DNA of 64,000 nt, from positions 175,212,001 through 175,276,000 of the forward strand of contig OZ024742.1 of assembly GCA_964016885.1 (NCBI GenBank), given 5' to 3'. This stretch comes from Eledone cirrhosa (Eukaryota). Below are positions 11,001 through 24,517 of the stretch, one piece after another; positions within the stretch are counted from its first letter, which is position 1, and each line of letters begins with the position of its first letter. The position numbers were made by a program, and so were the translations under genes. The notes beneath the pieces were generated by a model that saw only the letters and a list, made by a program, of their open reading frames with translations, was not told the origin of the DNA and ran no database searches.

Positions 11001-14000
11001 TTAGGGATTGGGGTTTGAAAATACGTTAGGAATTAAGGTTTGAAAATAGCTAGCAAGAAGGTAATGATTGAGTGGGGTCCATGCATTTAACAAGCGATTA
11101 ACAAAAATACAAAATTTGTTCTGTTAAATACGTCCAAAAACCTACGTATTTAGCAATTAATAGAAACAGAAAATGTAGTTTGTTTTAGCGATAGATTGGC
11201 TATTTGGACTTGATACGAAATATGGATTGTTTTGAAAATACGCTAGGAGAGAGAGAGAGAGAGATGAAGTCTGTACATTACGTTTACATGAATATCGTGG
11301 GACAGCAAGCAATGAAATGAAATTTGGCGAAGTGAATTCCTATCATATATTTATAGGGAGAGAGAGAGAGAGTGAGAGAGAGCGAGGGGAGGGGGCCACA
11401 TGATGGCTGTGGGTGTTAGGCGTTTGACCGCCCCGTGCCTTCGAAGAAGGAAGAAGGAAAGGATTTTGCTTTTTTTTGTTTTGAAGATACGCTAGAATTA
11501 GGGATTGGGGTTTGAAAATACGTTAGGAATTAAGGTTTGAAAATAGCTAGCAAGAAGGTAATGATTGAGTGGGGTCCATGCATTTAACAAGCGATTAACA
11601 AAAATACAAAATTTGTTCTGTTAAATACGTCCAAAAACCTACGTATTTAGCAATTAATAGAAACAGAAAATGTAGTTTGTTTTAGCGATAGATTGGCTAT
11701 TTGGACTTGATACGAAATATGGATTGTTTTGAAAATACGCTAGGAGAGAGAGAGAGAGAGATGAAGTCTGTACATTACGTTTACATGAATATCGTGGGAC
11801 AGCAAGCAATGAAATGAAATTTGGCGAAGTGAATTCCTATCATATATTTATAGGGAGAGAGAGAGAGAGTGAGAGAGAGCGAGGGGAGGGGGCCACATGA
11901 TGGCTGTGGGTGTTAGGCGTTTGACCGCCCCGTGCCTTCGAAGAAGGAAGAAGGAAAGGATTTTGCTTTTTTTTTGTTTTGAAGATACGCTAGAATTAGG
12001 GATTGGGGTTTGAAAATACGTTAGGAATTAAGGTTTGAAAATAGCTAGCAAGAAGGTAATGATTGAGTGGGGTCCATGCATTTAACAAGCGATTAACAAA
12101 AATACAAAATTTGTTCTGTTAAATACGTCCAAAAACCTACGTATTTAGCAATTAATAGAAACAGAAAATGTAGTTTGTTTTAGCGATAGATTGGCTATTT
12201 GGACTTGATACGAAATATGGATTGTTTTGAAAATACGCTAGGAGAGAGAGAGAGAGAGAGAGATGAAGTCTGTACATTACGTTTACATGAATATCGTGGG
12301 ACAGCAAGCAATGAAATGAAATTTGGCGAAGTGAATTCCTATCATATATTTATAGGGAGAGAGAGAGAGAGTGAGAGAGAGCGAGGGGAGGGGGCCACAT
12401 GATGGCTGTGGGTGTTAGGCGTTTGACCGCCCCGTGCCTTCGAAGAAGGAAGAAGGAAAGGATTTTGCTTTTTTTTTGTTTTGAAGATACGCTAGAATTA
12501 GGGATTGGGGTTTGAAAATACGTTAGGAATTAAGGTTTGAAAATAGCTAGCAAGAAGGTAATGATTGAGTGGGGTCCATGCATTTAACAAGCGATTAACA
12601 AAAATACAAAATTTGTTCTGTTAAATACGTCCAAAAACCTACGTATTTAGCAATTAATAGAAACAGAAAATGTAGTTTGTTTTAGCGATAGATTGGCTAT
12701 TTGGACTTGATACGAAATATGGATTGTTTTGAAAATACGCTAGGAGAGAGAGAGAGAGATGAAGTCTGTACATTACGTTTACATGAATATCGTGGGACAG
12801 CAAGCAATGAAATGAAATTTGGCGAAGTGAATTCCTATCATATATTTATAGGGAGAGAGAGAGAGAGTGAGAGAGAGCGAGGGGAGGGGGCCACATGATG
12901 GCTGTGGGTGTTAGGCGTTTGACCGCCCCGTGCCTTCGAAGAAGGAAGAAGGAAAGGATTTTGCTTTTTTTTTGTTTTGAAGATACGCTAGAATTAGGGA
13001 TTGGGGTTTGAAAATACGTTAGGAATTAAGGTTTGAAAATAGCTAGCAAAAAGGTAATGATTGAGTGGGGTCCATGCATTTAACAAGCGATTAACAAAAA
13101 TACAAAATTTGTTCTGTTAAATACGTCCAAAAACCTACGTATTTAGCAATTAATAGAAACAGAAAATGTAGTTTGTTTTAGCGATAGATTGGCTATTTGG
13201 ACTTGATACGAAATATGGATTGTTTTGAAAATACGCTAGGAGAGAGAGAGAGAGAGATGAAGTCTGTACATTACGTTTACATGAATATCGTGGGACAGCA
13301 AGCAATGAAATGAAATTTGGCGAAGTGAATTCCTATCATATATTTATAGGGAGAGAGAGAGAGAGTGAGAGAGAGCGAGGGGAGGGGGCCACATGATGGC
13401 TGTGGGTGTTAGGCGTTTGACCGCCCCGTGCCTTCGAAGAAGGAAGAAGGAAAGGATTTTGCTTTTTTTTTGTTTTGAAGATACGCTAGAATTAGGGATT
13501 GGGGTTTGAAAATACGTTAGGAATTAAGGTTTGAAAATAGCTAGCAAGAAGGTAATGATTGAGTGGGGTCCATGCATTTAACAAGCGATTAACAAAAATA
13601 CAAAATTTGTTCTGTTAAATACGTCCAAAAACCTACGTATTTAGCAATTAATAGAAACAGAAAATGTAGTTTGTTTTAGCGATAGATTGGCTATTTGGAC
13701 TTGATACGAAATATGGATTGTTTTGAAAATACGCTAGGAGAGAGAGAGAGAGAGATGAAGTCTGTACATTACGTTTACATGAATATCGTGGGACAGCAAG
13801 CAATGAAATGAAATTTGGCGAAGTGAATTCCTATCATATATTTATAGGGAGAGAGAGAGAGAGTGAGAGAGAGCGAGGGGAGGGGGCCACATGATGGCTG
13901 TGGGTGTTAGGCGTTTGACCGCCCCGTGCCTTCGAAGAAGGAAGAAGGAAAGGATTTTGCTTTTTTTTTGTTTTGAAGATACGCTAGAATTAGGGATTGG

Positions 14001-17000
14001 GGTTTGAAAATACGTTAGGAATTAAGGTTTGAAAATAGCTAGCAAGAAGGTAATGATTGAGTGGGGTCCATGCATTTAACAAGCGATTAACAAAAATACA
14101 AAATTTGTTCTGTTAAATACGTCCAAAAACCTACGTATTTAGCAATTAATAGAAACAGAAAATGTAGTTTGTTTTAGCGATAGATTGGCTATTTGGACTT
14201 GATACGAAATATGGATTGTTTTGAAAATACGCTAGGAGAGAGAGAGAGAGAGATGAAGTCTGTACATTACGTTTACATGAATATCGTGGGACAGCAAGCA
14301 ATGAAATGAAATTTGGCGAAGTGAATTCCTATCATATATTTATAGGGAGAGAGAGAGAGAGTGAGAGAGAGCGAGGGGAGGGGGCCACATGATGACTATG
14401 GGTGTTAGGCGTTTGACCGCCCCGTGCCTTCGAAGAAGGAAGAAGGACAGGATTTTGCTTTTTTTTTGTTTTGAAGATACGCTAGAATTAGGGATTGGGG
14501 TTTGAAAATACGTTAGGAATTAAGGTTTGAAAATAGCTAGCAAGAAGGTAATGATTGAGTGGGGTCCATGCATTTAACAAGCGATTAACAAAAATACAAA
14601 ATTTGTTCTGTTAAATACGTCCAAAAACCTACGTATTTAGCAATTAATAGAAACAGAAAATGTAGTTTGTTTTAGCGATAGATTGGCTATTTGGACTTGA
14701 TACAAAATATGGATTGTTTTGAAAATACGCTAGGAGAGAGAGAGAGAGAGATGAAGTCTGTACATTACGTTTACATGAATATCGTGGGACAGCAAGCAAT
14801 GAAATGAAATTTGGCGAAGTGAATTCCTATCATATATTTATAGGGAGAGAGAGAGAGAGAGTGAGAGAGAGCGAGGGAAGGGGGCCACATGATGGCTGTG
14901 GGTGTTAGGCGTTTGACCGTCCCGTGCCTTCGAAGAAGGAAGAAGGAAAGGATTTTGCTTTTTTTTGTTTTGAAGATACGCTAGAATTAGGGATTGGGGT
15001 TTGAAAATACGTTAGGAATTAAGGTTTGAAAATAGCTAGCAAGAAGGTAATGATTGAGTGGGGTCCATGCATTTAACAAGCGATTAACAAAAATACAAAA
15101 TTTGTTCTGTTAAATACGTCCAAAAACCTACGTATTTAGCAATTAATAGAAACAGAAAATGTAGTTTGTTTTAGCGATAGATTGGCTATTTGGACTTGAT
15201 ACGAAATATGGATTGTTTTGAAAATACGCTAGGAGAGAGAGAGAGAGAGATGAAGTCTGTACATTACGTTTACATGAATATCGTGGGACAGCAAGCAATG
15301 AAATGAAATTTGGCGAAGTGAATTCCTATCATATATTTATAGGGAGAGAGAGAGAGAGTGAGAGAGAGCGAGGGGAGGGGGCCACATGATGGCTGTGGGT
15401 GTTAGGCGTTTGACCGCCCCGTGCCTTCGAAGAAGGAAGAAGGAAAGGATTTTGCTTTTTTTTGTTTTGAAGATACGCTAGAATTAGGGATTGGGGTTTG
15501 AAAATACGTTAGGAATTAAGGTTTGAAAATAGCTAGCAAGAAGGTAATGATTGAGTGGGGTCCATGCATTTAACAAGCGATTAACAAAAATACAAAATTT
15601 GTTCTGTTAAATACGTCCAAAAACCTACGTATTTAGCAATTAATAGAAACAGAAAATGTAGTTTGTTTTAGCGATAGATTGGCTATTTGGACTTGATACG
15701 AAATATGGATTGTTTTGAAAATACGCTAGGAGAGAGAGAGAGAGAGATGAAGTCTGTACATTACGTTTACATGAATATCGTGGGACAGCAAGCAATGAAA
15801 TGAAATTTGGCGAAGTGAATTCCTATCATATATTTATAGGGAGAGAGAGAGAGAGTGAGAGAGAGCGAGGGGAGGGGGCCACATGATGGCTGTGGGTGTT
15901 AGGCGTTTGACCGCCCCGTGCCTTCGAAGAAGGAAGAAGGAAAGGATTTTGCTTTTTTTTGTTTTGAAGATACGCTAGAATTAGGGATTGGGGTTTGAAA
16001 ATACGTTAGGAATTAAGGTTTGAAAATAGCTAGCAAGAAGGTAATGATTGAGTGAGGTCCATGCATTTAACAAGCGATTAACAAAAATACAAAATTTGTT
16101 CTGTTAAATACGTCCAAAAACCTACGTATTTAGCAATTAATAGAAACAGAAAATGTAGTTTGTTTTAGCGATAGATTGGCTATTTGGACTTGATACGAAA
16201 TATGGATTGTTTTGAAAATACGCTAGGAGAGAGAGAGAGAGAGATGAAGTCTGTACATTACGTTTACATGAATATCGTGGGACAGCAAGCAATGAAATGA
16301 AATTTGGCGAAGTGAATTCCTATCATATATTTATAGGGAGAGAGAGAGAGAGTGAGAGAGAGCGAGGGGAGGGGGCCACATGATGGCTGTGGGTGTTAGG
16401 CGTTTGACCGCCCCGTGCCTTCGAAGAAGGAAGAAGGAAAGGATTTTGCTTTTTTTTGTTTTGAAGATACGCTAGAATTAGGGATTGGGGTTTGAAAATA
16501 CGTTAGGAATTAAGGTTTGAAAATAGCTAGCAAGAAGGTAATGATTGAGTGGGGTCCATGCATTTAACAAGCGATTAACAAAAATACAAAATTTGTTCTG
16601 TTAAATACGTCCAAAAACCTACGTATTTAGCAATTAATAGAAACAGAAAATGTAGTTTGTTTTAGCGATAGATTGGCTATTTGGACTTGATACGAAATAT
16701 GGATTGTTTTGAAAATACGCTAGGAGAGAGAGAGAGAGAGATGAAGTCTGTACATTACGTTTACATGATATCGTGGGACAGCAAGCAATGAAATGAAATT
16801 TGGCGAAGTGAATTCCTATCATATATTTATAGGGAGAGAGAGAGAGAGTGAGAGAGAGCGAGGGGAGGGGGCCACATGATGGCTGTGGGTGTTAGGCGTT
16901 TGACCGCCCCGTGCCTTCGAAGAAGGAAGAAGGAAAGGATTTTGCTTTTTTTTTGTTTTGAAGATACGCTAGAATTAGGGATTGGGGTTTGAAAATACGT

Positions 17001-20000
17001 TAGGAATTAAGGTTTGAAAATAGCTAGCAAGAGGTAATGATTGAGTGGGGTTCATGCATTTAACAAGCGATTAACAAAAATACAAAATTTGTTCTGTTAA
17101 ATACGTCCAAAAACCTACGTATTTAGCAATTAATAGAAACAGAAAATGTAGTTTGTTTTAGCGATAGATTGGCTATTTGGACTTGATACGAAATATGGAT
17201 TGTTTTGAAAATACGCTAGGAGAGAGAGAGAGAGAGATGAAGTCTGTACATTACGTTTACATGAATATCGTGGGACAGCAAGCAATGAAATGAAATTTGG
17301 CGAAGTGAATTCCTATCATATATTTATAGGGAGAGAGAGAGAGAGTGAGAGAGAGCGAGGGGAGGGGGCCACATGATGGCTGTGGGTGTTAGGCGTTTGA
17401 CCGCCCCGTGCCTTCGAAGAAGGAAGAAGGAAAGGATTTTGCTTTTTTTTTGTTTTGAAGATACGCTAGAATTAGGGATTGGGGTTTGAAAATACGTTAG
17501 GAATTAAGGTTTGAAAATAGCTAGCAAGAAGGTAATGATTGAGTGGGGTCCATGCATTTAACAAGCGATTAACAAAAATACAAAATTTGTTCTGTTAAAT
17601 ACGTCCAAAAACCTACGTATTTAGCAATTAATAGAAACAGAAAATGTAGTTTGTTTTAGCGATAGATTGGCTATTTGGACTTGATACGAAATATGGATTG
17701 TTTTGAAAATACGCTAGGAGAGAGAGAGAGAGAGATGAAGTCTGTACATTACGTTTACATGAATATCGTGGGACAGCAAGCAATGAAATGAAATTTGGCG
17801 AAGTGAATTCCTATCATATATTTATAGGGAGAGAGAGAGAGAGTGAGAGAGAGCGAGGGGAGGGGGCCACATGATGGCTGTGGGTGTTAGGCGTTTGACC
17901 GCCCCGTGCCTTCGAAGAAGGAAGAAGGAAAGGATTTTGCTTTTTTTTTGTTTTGAAGATACGCTAGAATTAGGGATTGGGGTTTGAAAATACGTTAGGA
18001 ATTAAGGTTTGAAAATAGCTAGCAAGAAGGTAATGATTGAGTGGGGTCCATGCATTTAACAAGCGATTAACAAAAATACAAAATTTGTTCTGTTAAATAC
18101 GTCCAAAAACCTACGTATTTAGCAATTAATAGAAACAGAAAATGTAGTTTGTTTTAGCGATAGATTGGCTATTTGGACTTGATACGAAATATGGATTGTT
18201 TTGAAAATACGCTAGGAGAGAGAGAGAGAGATGAAGTCTGTACATTACGTTTACATGAATATCGTGGGACAGCAAGCAATGAAATGAAATTTGGCGAAGT
18301 GAATTCCTATCATATATTTATAGGGAGAGAGAGAGAGAGTGAGAGAGAGCGAGGGGAGGGGGCCACATGATGGCTGTGGGTGTTAGGCGTTTGACCGCCC
18401 CGTGCCTTCGAAGAAGGAAGAAGGAAAGGATTTTGCTTTTTTTTGTTTTGAAGATACGCTAGAATTAGGGATTGGGGTTTGAAAATACGTTAGGAATTAA
18501 GGTTTGAAAATAGCTAGCAAAAAGGTAATGATTGAGTGGGGTCCATGCATTTAACAAGCGATTAACAAAAATACAAAATTTGTTCTGTTAAATACGTCCA
18601 AAAACCTACGTATTTAGCAATTAATAGAAACAGAAAATGTAGTTTGTTTTAGCGATAGATTGGCTATTTGGACTTGATACGAAATATGGATTGTTTTGAA
18701 AATACGCTAGGAGAGAGAGAGAGAGAGATGAAGTCTGTACATTACGTTTACATGAATATCGTGGGACAGCAAGCAATGAAATGAAATTTGGCGAAGTGAA
18801 TTCCTATCATATATTTATAGGGAGAGAGAGAGAGAGTGAGAGAGAGCGAGGGGAGGGGGCCACATGATGGCTGTGGGTGTTAGGCGTTTGACCGCCCCGT
18901 GCCTTCGAAGAAGGAAGAAGGAAAGGATTTTGCTTTTTTTTTGTTTTGAAGATACGATAGAATTAGGGATTGGGGTTTGAAAATACGTTAGGAATTAAGG
19001 TTTGAAAATAGCTAGCAAGAAGGTAATGATTGAGTGGGGTCCATGCATTTAACAAGCGATTAACAAAAATACAAAATTTGTTCTGTTAAATACGTCCAAA
19101 AACCTACGTATTTAGCAATTAATAGAAACAGAAAATGTAGTTTGTTTTAGCGATAGATTGGCTATTTGGACTTGATACGAAATATGGATTGTTTTGAAAA
19201 TACGCTAGGAGAGAGAGAGAGAGAGATGAAGTCTGTACATTACGTTTACATGAATATCGTGGGACAGCAAGCAATGAAATGAAATTTGGCGAAGTGAATT
19301 CCTATCATATATTTATAGGGAGAGAGAGAGAGAGTGAGAGAGAGCGAGGGGAGGGGGCCACATGATGGCTGTGGGTGTTAGGCGTTTGACCGCCCCGTGC
19401 CTTCGAAGAAGGAAGAAGGAAAGGATTTTGCTTTTTTTTTGTTTTGAAGATACGCTAGAATTAGGGATTGGGGTTTGAAAATACGTTAGGAATTAAGGTT
19501 TGAAAATAGCTAGCAAGAAGGTAATGATTGAGTGGGGTCCATGCATTTAACAAGCGATTAACAAAAATACAAAATTTGTTCTGTTAAATACGTCCAAAAA
19601 CCTACGTATTTAGCAATTAATAGAAACAGAAAATGTAGTTTGTTTTAGCGATAGATTGGCTATTTGGACTTGATACGAAATATGGATTGTTTTGAAAATA
19701 CGCTAGGAGAGAGAGAGAGAGAGATGAAGTCTGTACATTACGTTTACATGAATATCGTGGGACAGCAAGCAATGAAATGAAATTTGGCGAAGTGAATTCC
19801 TATCATATATTTATAGGGAGAGAGAGAGAGAGTGAGAGAGAGCGAGGGGAGGGGGCCACATGATGACTGTGGGTGTTAGGCGTTTGACCGCCCCGTGCCT
19901 TCGAAGAAGGAAGAAGGAAAGGATTTTGCTTTTTTTTGTTTTGAAGATACGCTAGAATTAGGGATTGGGGTTTGAAAATACGTTAGGAATTAAGGTTTGA

Positions 20001-23000
20001 AAATAGCTAGCAAGAAGGTAATGATTGAGTGGGGTCCATGCATTTAACAAGCGATTAACAAAAATACAAAATTTGTTCTGTTAAATACGTCCAAAAACCT
20101 ACGTATTTAGCAATTAATAGAAACAGAAAATGTAGTTTGTTTTAGCGATAGATTGGCTATTTGGACTTGATACGAAATATGGATTGTTTTGAAAATACGC
20201 TAGGAGAGAGAGAGAGAGAGATGAAGTCTGTACATTACGTTTACATGAATATCGTGGGACAGCAAGCAATGAAATGAAATTTGGCGAAGTTAATTCCTAT
20301 CATATATTTATAGGGAGAGAGAGAGAGAGTGAGAGAGAGCGAGGGGAGGGGGCCACATGATGGCTGTGGGTGTTAGGCGTTTGACCGCCCCGTGCCTTCG
20401 AAGAAGGAAGAAGGAAAGGATTTTGCTTTTTTTTTGTTTTGAAGATACGCTAGAATTAGGGATTGGGGTTTGAAAATACGTTAGGAATTAAGGTTTGAAA
20501 ATAGCTAGCAAGAAGGTAATGATTGAGTGGGGTCCATGCATTTAACAAGCGATTAACAAAAATACAAAATTTGTTCTGTTAAATACGTCCAAAAACCTAC
20601 GTATTTAGCAATTAATAGAAACAGAAAATGTAGTTTGTTTTAGCGATAGATTGGCTATTTGGACTTGATACGAAATATGGATTGTTTTGAAAATACGCTA
20701 GGAGAGAGAGAGAGAGATGAAGTCTGTACATTACGTTTACATGAATATCGTGGGACAGCAAGCAATGAAATGAAATTTGGCGAAGTGAATTCCTATCATA
20801 TATTTATAGGGAGAGAGAGAGAGAGTGAGAGAGAGCGAGGGGAGGGGGCCACATGATGGCTGTGGGTGTTAGGCGTTTGACCGCCCCGTGCCTTCGAAGA
20901 AGGAAGAAGGAAAGGATTTTGCTTTTTTTTGTTTTGAAGATACGCTAGAATTAGGGATTGGGGTTTGAAAATACGTTAGGAATTAAGGTTTGAAAATAGC
21001 TAGCAAGAAGGTAATGATTGAGTGGGGTCCATGCATTTAACAAGCGATTAACAAAAATACAAAATTTGTTCTGTTAAATACGTCCAAAAACCTACGTATT
21101 TAGCAATTAATAGAAACAGAAAATGTAGTTTGTTTTAGCGATAGATTGGCTATTTGGACTTGATACGAAATATGGATTGTTTTGAAAATACGCTAGGAGA
21201 GAGAGAGAGAGAGATGAAGTCTGTACATTACGTTTACATGAATATCGTGGGACAGCAAGCAATGAAATGAAATTTGGCGAAGTGAATTCCTATCATATAT
21301 TTATAGGGAGAGAGAGAGAGAGTGAGAGAGAGCGAGGGGAGGGGGCCACATGATGGCTGTGGGTGTTAGGCGTTTGACCGCCCCGTGCCTTCGAAGAAGG
21401 AAGAAGGAAAGGATTTTGCTTTTTTTTGTTTTGAAGATACGCTAGAATTAGGGATTGGGGTTTGAAAATACGTTAGGAATTAAGGTTTGAAAATAGCTAG
21501 CAAGAAGGTAATGATTGAGTGGGGTCCATGCATTTAACAAGCGATTAACAAAAATACAAAATTTGTTCTGTTAAATACGTCCAAAAACCTACGTATTTAG
21601 CAATTAATAGAAACAGAAAATGTAGTTTGTTTTAGCGATAGATTGGCTATTTGGACTTGATACGAAATATGGATTGTTTTGAAAATACGCTAGGAGAGAG
21701 AGAGAGAGAGATGAAGTCTGTACATTACGTTTACATGAATATCGTGGGACAGCAAGCAATGAAATGAAATTTGGCGAAGTGAATTCCTATCATATATTTA
21801 TAGGGAGAGAGAGAGAGAGTGAGAGAGAGCGAGGGGAGGGGGCCACATGATGGCTGTGGGTGTTAGGCGTTTGACCGCCCCGTGCCTTCGAAGAAGGAAG
21901 AAGGAAAGGATTTTGCTTTTTTTTTGTTTTGAAGATACGCTAGAATTAGGGATTGGGGTTTGAAAATACGTTAGGAATTAAGGTTTGAAAATAGCTAGCA
22001 AGAAGGTAATGATTGAGTGGGGTCCATGCATTTAACAAGCGATTAACAAAAATACAAAATTTGTTCTGTTAAATACGTCCAAAAACCTACGTATTTAGCA
22101 ATTAATAGAAACAGAAAATGTAGTTTGTTTTAGCGATAGATTGGCTATTTGGACTTGATACGAAATATGGATTGTTTTGAAAATACGCTAGGAGAGAGAG
22201 AGAGAGATATGAAGTCTGTACATTACGTTTACATGAATATCGTGGGACAGCAAGCAATGAAATGAAATTTGGCGAAGTGAATTCCTATCATATATTTATA
22301 GGGAGAGAGAGAGAGAGTGAGAGAGAGCGAGGGGAGGGGGCCACATGATGGCTGTGGGTGTTAGGCGTTTGACCGCCCCGTGCCTTCGAAGAAGGAAGAA
22401 GGAAAGTATTTTGCTTTTTTTTGTTTTGAAGATACGCTAGAATTAGGGATTGGGGTTTGAAAATACGTTAGGAATTAAGGTTTGAAAATAGCTAGCAAGA
22501 AGGTAATGATTGAGTGGGGTCCATGCATTTAACAAGCGATTAACAAAAATACAAAATTTGTTCTGTTAAATACGTCCAAAAACCTACGTATTTAGCAATT
22601 AATAGAAACAGAAAATGTAGTTTGTTTTAGCGATAGATTGGCTATTTGGACTTGATACGAAATATGGATTGTTTTGAAAATACGCTAGGAGAGAGAGAGA
22701 GAGAGATGAAGTCTGTACATTACGTTTACATGAATATCGTGGGACAGCAAGCAATGAAATGAAATTTGGCGAAGTGAATTCCTATCATATATTTATAGGG
22801 AGAGAGAGAGAGAGTGAGAGAGAGCGAGGGGAGGGGGCCACATGATGGCTGTGGGTGTTAGGCGTTTGACCGCCCCGTGCCTTCGAAGAAGGAAGAAGGA
22901 AAGGATTTTGCTTTTTTTTGTTTTGAAGATACGCTAGAATTAGGGATTGGGGTTTGAAAATACGTTAGGAATTAAGGTTTGAAAATAGCTAGCAAGAAGG

Positions 23001-23004
23001 TAAT
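8060..23004. repeat. Tandem array: 30 copies of a ~497-bp unit plus 19-bp terminal redundancy
   Basis: TAGCTAGCAAGAAGGTAAT recurs at 8060, 8557, 9054 ... 22986 (14926 bp / 30 = ~497.5). Units differ only by rare SNPs and (GA)n/poly-T length. Confidence 0.98.
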
Positions 23005-23119
23005 ATATATATATATATAAGAATTAAAATACTAGAGTGTGTTGGAGTTAAACACCCTCTTCATATTATAGAAATGACAGTAAAAGTATAGCTCAATGTA
23101 ATTAAACAGAGCCGAAGAA

Positions 23120-23210
23120 TTATGAAAATAAACCAAAGAAGCCTTCAATACATCAAAAGGCTAATAAAGACTTTTGATGTATTGAAGGCTTCTTTGGTTT
23201 ATTTTCATAA
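23120..23210. repeat. Perfect 40-bp inverted repeat with 11-nt loop
   Basis: TTATGAAAATAAACCAAAGAAGCCTTCAATACATCAAAAG (23120-23159) and its exact reverse complement (23171-23210), followed by (TA)n. Confidence 0.95.
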
Positions 23211-23508
23211 ATATATATATATATATTCGCTTGCTTCCACAATGTACATACTTCGACCTTGTTTTCGAAATAAACCATGATGGACATTGTGTCTGTCTCT
23301 CTCTTCGAAAGTCATCCCTAACCCCCACCAATACGTTCCTTTCCTCTCTCATTCATTCATTCCGGTGGTGATGAAGGCAGACAAACTTCTGAAAGGCTAA
23401 ATGGATTTCTAAATATTTCCAACTCATATCCCAGACATCCATAGATTATTTCTTTCTACAGGTATTTCTCTTCTCCGATTTTAAAATGTCCTCTTTTACA
23501 TTATTATT

Positions 23509-23700
23509 GTGGATTGTCAGTATCGGTAGAGAGTCGGACACCATGCTTTGAAGCATAGAGTTACGTCCCTTTATGATCTGAGTTCATATCGCGCCGAGGT
23601 TAACTTTGCCCTTCATCCTTACAGGGTCGATAAAATTAAGTACCAGTAATGCACTGGGTAATTGCTGGCCTTGTGCCAAAAATAGAAACAATTATTATTA
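23509..23700 (+). mobile_element. SINE family B copy
   Basis: Shares GTATCGGTAGAG..TCGGAC...GAGTTCA...CCGAGGTTAACTTTGCC.TTCATCCTTAC.GGGTCGATAAAAT.AAGTACCAGT with at least seven other copies in the window; (ATT)n tail. Confidence 0.85.
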
Positions 23701-23761
23701 TTGTTATTATCATTCACTTGTTTCCACAAAGTATATACTTCAACCTTGTTTTTGAAATAAA

Positions 23762-24183
23762 GGATGAGGTGATAAAAGCAAACCTTATTGTACCTCTCAA
23801 AGGCGATGACACAGGACTGTGACCTCTGGCATCATGCAGTAATACAGAAGACCTGACTTCCCACGGGTACAAGCTGAAGCTGAAGCATATAAACAATATG
23901 CCCTCACCCACTCCCAATTCAAAGTGGTTGTGGAGGTGCCATGACAAAAAAGCACCCTGCCCACACTGTAAAGTGGTCATGTAGGCGCCATGAAAAAAAA
24001 GCACCCACCACTTACTCTAAATGAGGTTGGTGTTAGGAAGAGCTGTAGAAATCAAACCAAAATCAGTTGCTGTATGTGCAAGACAAGGTCAGCCGACCAA
24101 GCACTGCCCACAACAGGACAACAGATCTAACTTATGTTAGCGTGGAAGAATGGATGTAAAATGGAGATGATGATGATGATGAT
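23762..24183 (+). mobile_element. 5'-truncated RTE 3' end (same subfamily as 61579-64000)
   Basis: Aligns by eye to the reverse complement of ~61600-62010; ends in (GAT)n next to (TA)n. Confidence 0.85.
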
Positions 24184-24382
24184 TATATATATATATCGGA
24201 GTCCACCTGGCTGTGGTGGGGCTGATAACATTGTTAAAACTCAACGTATCCTAGGAAGGATAGTTGTGAATCAGCTGTGTGAGCAGTAGTTCTTGTGGGA
24301 GCTGATTACGGCTTAAGGTATCCTTGAAGAAAATCAATCCGGGTTACAACATCATTTAGATATACTCATATCTGTATTTCAG

Positions 24383-24517
24383 CAATAAAAATAGAATTTA
24401 GGTATAGGTAGAGAGTTAGTTTGATTTAACAGTTCAATCAACTGTCTGAAACGATTGTTTCAGAGGTTTGACAATGAATTAACTCTCTACCTACACCTAA
24501 CTTCCGTTTTTATTGTT
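24383..24517. repeat. Imperfect long inverted repeat / hairpin
   Basis: CAATAAAAATAGAATTTAGGTATAGGTAGAGAGTTAGTT pairs with AATTAACTCTCTACCTACACCTAACTTCCGTTTTTATTG; inner hairpin TCTGAAACGATTGTTTCAGA. Confidence 0.75.

Larger units (their letters stand above)
4260..23004 (-). mobile_element. RTE-clade LINE with intact ORF and 15-kb 5' tandem monomer array
   Basis: (ATG)n tail at ~4260-4282, ~400-bp 3' UTR, uninterrupted 1146-codon ORF, then directly 30 x ~497-bp units. Both ends abut TA-rich microsatellite; no TSD resolvable. That the array belongs to the element is an inference. Confidence 0.75.

Noticed and set aside
10206-20856. Repeated 65-67 aa ORFs (MDLIRNMD...) in the array
   Set aside because: TTG starts, and open only in units where (GA)n length happens to keep frame. 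By-products of the repeat.
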